From NCBI GenBank assembly GCA_012295275.1, contig CM022672.1:19220001-19284000 (forward strand): a stretch of 64,000 nt of DNA. Direction: 5' to 3'. The notes beneath the pieces were generated by a model. The model had not been told where the DNA came from. It worked only from the letters and a program-made list of their open reading frames with translations, and made no database searches. The translations under genes were made by a program, and so were the position numbers. Shown in pieces: positions 61,435 through 64,000 of the stretch (position 1 is the stretch's first letter; every line of letters begins with the position of its first letter). The DNA comes from Chrysomallon squamiferum. Its lineage: Eukaryota > Animalia > Mollusca.

Positions 61435-64000
61435 TATTTTCCTTTTTTTTCTTTTTTTTCATCATCTTCTTAAACTTTTTTTTTTTTTTTTTTAAATATA
61501 CTGATGCAGATAACCAGGCATTTTTATTTTACCACTTCTTTCTTTTTGTCGTACAGAATGTGTAGTGAGTGAGTTTAAGTGAAATATTATACATGTTTAC
61601 ATGCTCTTGTAAGTGAAATCACATAATCATGGAACATAACAAAAAAAAGCATACGTAACATAATGATGAAACAATGTGTACAGTTCGTTGTGTTTTGAGA
61701 GAGAGCTGGAGAGTTGTCGGTAATTGTTATCTGTTTTAATTATTGTACATATTACTTTATTTTAGATTTTAGCATCTTTTAAGAAGAATCAAAACCTATT
61801 TTACCCTTCAATTTCTTTCCTGTTTTTTTTTTTTTTTTTTTTTTTTTCTTTTTTTTTTTTTTTCTGAAAAATATTCTAAACAGGAGTTAAGTGGAAATTT
61901 TGGGATCTTTTGTTGCATTTTTAATAAAATCAAATTCACTTTCCTCTGCAATTTTGTTCCACCTATACTGTAGATAAAAACAGAGGTCAAAGTAATTTTT
62001 AATATTTGTAAGATATTTTTAATTTTTGACATCTTTTATTTATCATTTAGATTTTGCACAACAAACTACAGAAATGTGAAAAGTATCTAAAAACCCAATA
62101 ATTATAAAATAAAAACAAAATCTGGAAGTCACATTTGAAAATTTGAGGGCAGATATTATTATTTTAATTTTAGTAGTTTGTTGTTTAAAAAGTGGGTTTG
62201 TGTAAAAACAGTTATCACCCAAATTAATCTAATATTAAGGAAGAACTGTGGTATGGAGAGAGTATTTATACTGGAACAAGTTTTCTTTTCTCTTGTTTTA
62301 GTCTCATAATTATTTGAATATTTTACTCTAGTTGGGGAAGTATCTAGTGCCAATTCTGCTGAATTTTTTTCACTAAATTTGTTAGTTGTATTTTATTATA
62401 TTTAAATAATTGTATTAGGTTATGACTGAGTTAGGTGTGTGTGTGTGTGTGTGTGTTTTTAAGAATATCCAAGTTCAATATTTAGTCTTTCATAATAAAT
62501 CAATTATTGTAATTGTGTCTTCCTTGTTACATTTACATAAACTTATTAGTTTTGTCTTCCGCGGTTTAAAAAAAAAGAAGAAGAAAAGGAAAATGTTTAG
62601 AAGTATTTTCAGATTTGAAACTTTAGATAAATTTTTGTTTGTTTTGTACACGTGTGTGTTGATGTGTGTGTGTGTTATTTGTCTTTTTCATGTTTTAGTG
62701 ATCTGTATCTGCAGTTTAGCAAATAAACAAAGAGTTATAAGACATGTAATGTACATGTCCATATCCAGTATTTATTTACATTAATTTCATTAAAGGAAAA
62801 AATAAAGCAGATAATAATTTAAAGAGTTCTGGTATTCAAGTGATGTGTTGAACTTTCAGGATTTTGGTTTACCTGCTCAAAACAAAAGTTAAAGTAATGT
62901 ATGCTAATAGAAGTTTGTTTGTTTTTGTGGGGTTTTTCTTCTGTCTTGTGTGTTGCTGAACATTATTATTATAATCATCACCATAAGGTCATAATCATCA
63001 TTATCATCATCATCATCATCATCAATGATGTAATATTTTATAATAAAATGTTATTTAACGCTTTTGGGGACCAAATTAACAAAATGCTAATTATAAATAA
63101 TATGACTTATTTATTGTTGTTTTTGTTTATCATGCATATCATTTTACTAACCATTTGAATCTGTTGCAAAATATTTTAACTGGTTGAAAATAAAAATCTG
63201 GTATATTTTAAAATTTGCTTTTGCCAGCCTGATTTTCACTGCAACTTAAAGGCAAATTGGACAAGTATTCCTTTACTTTTGTTTCATTTTATGTGTCATT
63301 CATTTAGCAGAAGTTCTTATAGAAGCATAAATGAATTTTAATATTTTAGCTTAGAAAAATGTTTGACCTGCACTGATTCCATCATACTTATTTTGAGTTT
63401 TATTTTCTGACACAAATCAAAATTTGTTACCATTACAATTCTTAATTTCTACCAAAAACCTTCAGATTTTGTAAATGCATTCCCCTTTTTCTTAATTCAC
63501 AAATGTTTAGAATTGTTTTAAAATGAATAATTTTTTTTTTTTTTTTTTTTTTTTTTTTCTCTCTGTTTTAGAATTCTAAAATCATTTAGATGATTTTCAT
63601 AAAGCACTCCATTTTTGTGGAATTTTTTTTTTTTTTTTTTTTTTTATAATATTGTCCATTAAGTATTTTATTATTGAGCATCAAATAAAACACATTCATA
63701 TCTGATTTAGAAAGCTTTCAACAACATTCACAATTCATACACTTTTTAATAATCTGTTTCCAGATGAGATCAGAGCACTTAACATATAAAATAAATGAGA
63801 CGCTTAAATGTCAATATTTTTCTTCCCTGGTTTTATTATAAATACAGTTGCTGTGATTTTATGCTTGCTAAACTGTGAGATACTTTTATTATTTCTAAAT
63901 TTAAAAAAAAAAAAAAAAGCTTCTTGCTTACAGGAATTTAATATTTTATAACAGTTTATAATATTACATATTATTTATCACTCTCATTATAAGAAAAATA

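Overview
AT-rich, intron-rich metazoan genomic DNA, probably a gastropod mollusc (inferred from composition and one SINE-like relic). Three spliced protein-coding genes were reconstructed by hand from GT-AG sites and phase continuity. Gene A (- strand, ATG 7306, runs off the left end) has a 653-codon low-complexity/coiled-coil exon followed by an array of at least five U1/matrin-type C2H2 fingers built by exon duplication. Gene B (+ strand, 12170-21104, about 584 aa) lies head-to-head with A across about 1.1 kb and encodes two CCHC zinc knuckles, a U1-type finger, a Matrin-3/CIZ1/Pep-type C-terminal finger and an acidic tail. Gene C (+ strand, 23462-61367, about 38 exons, about 2390 aa) is a centrosomin/CDK5RAP2/myomegalin-family gene with CM1 and CM2 motifs. 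It has a single-base frameshift at 53697-53701, several candidate alternative first exons and candidate microexons. The most interesting signal is that A and B look like an inverted duplicate of a Pep-like (protein on ecdysone puffs) gene that has split the ancestral finger set: B keeps fingers 1 and 4 and gains knuckles, while A amplifies fingers 2 and 3. The window also holds two hAT-like MITEs, a SINE-like relic, and mini- and microsatellites. No CRISPR array, rRNA or tRNA was seen. Family assignments come from recalled motifs, not database searches.
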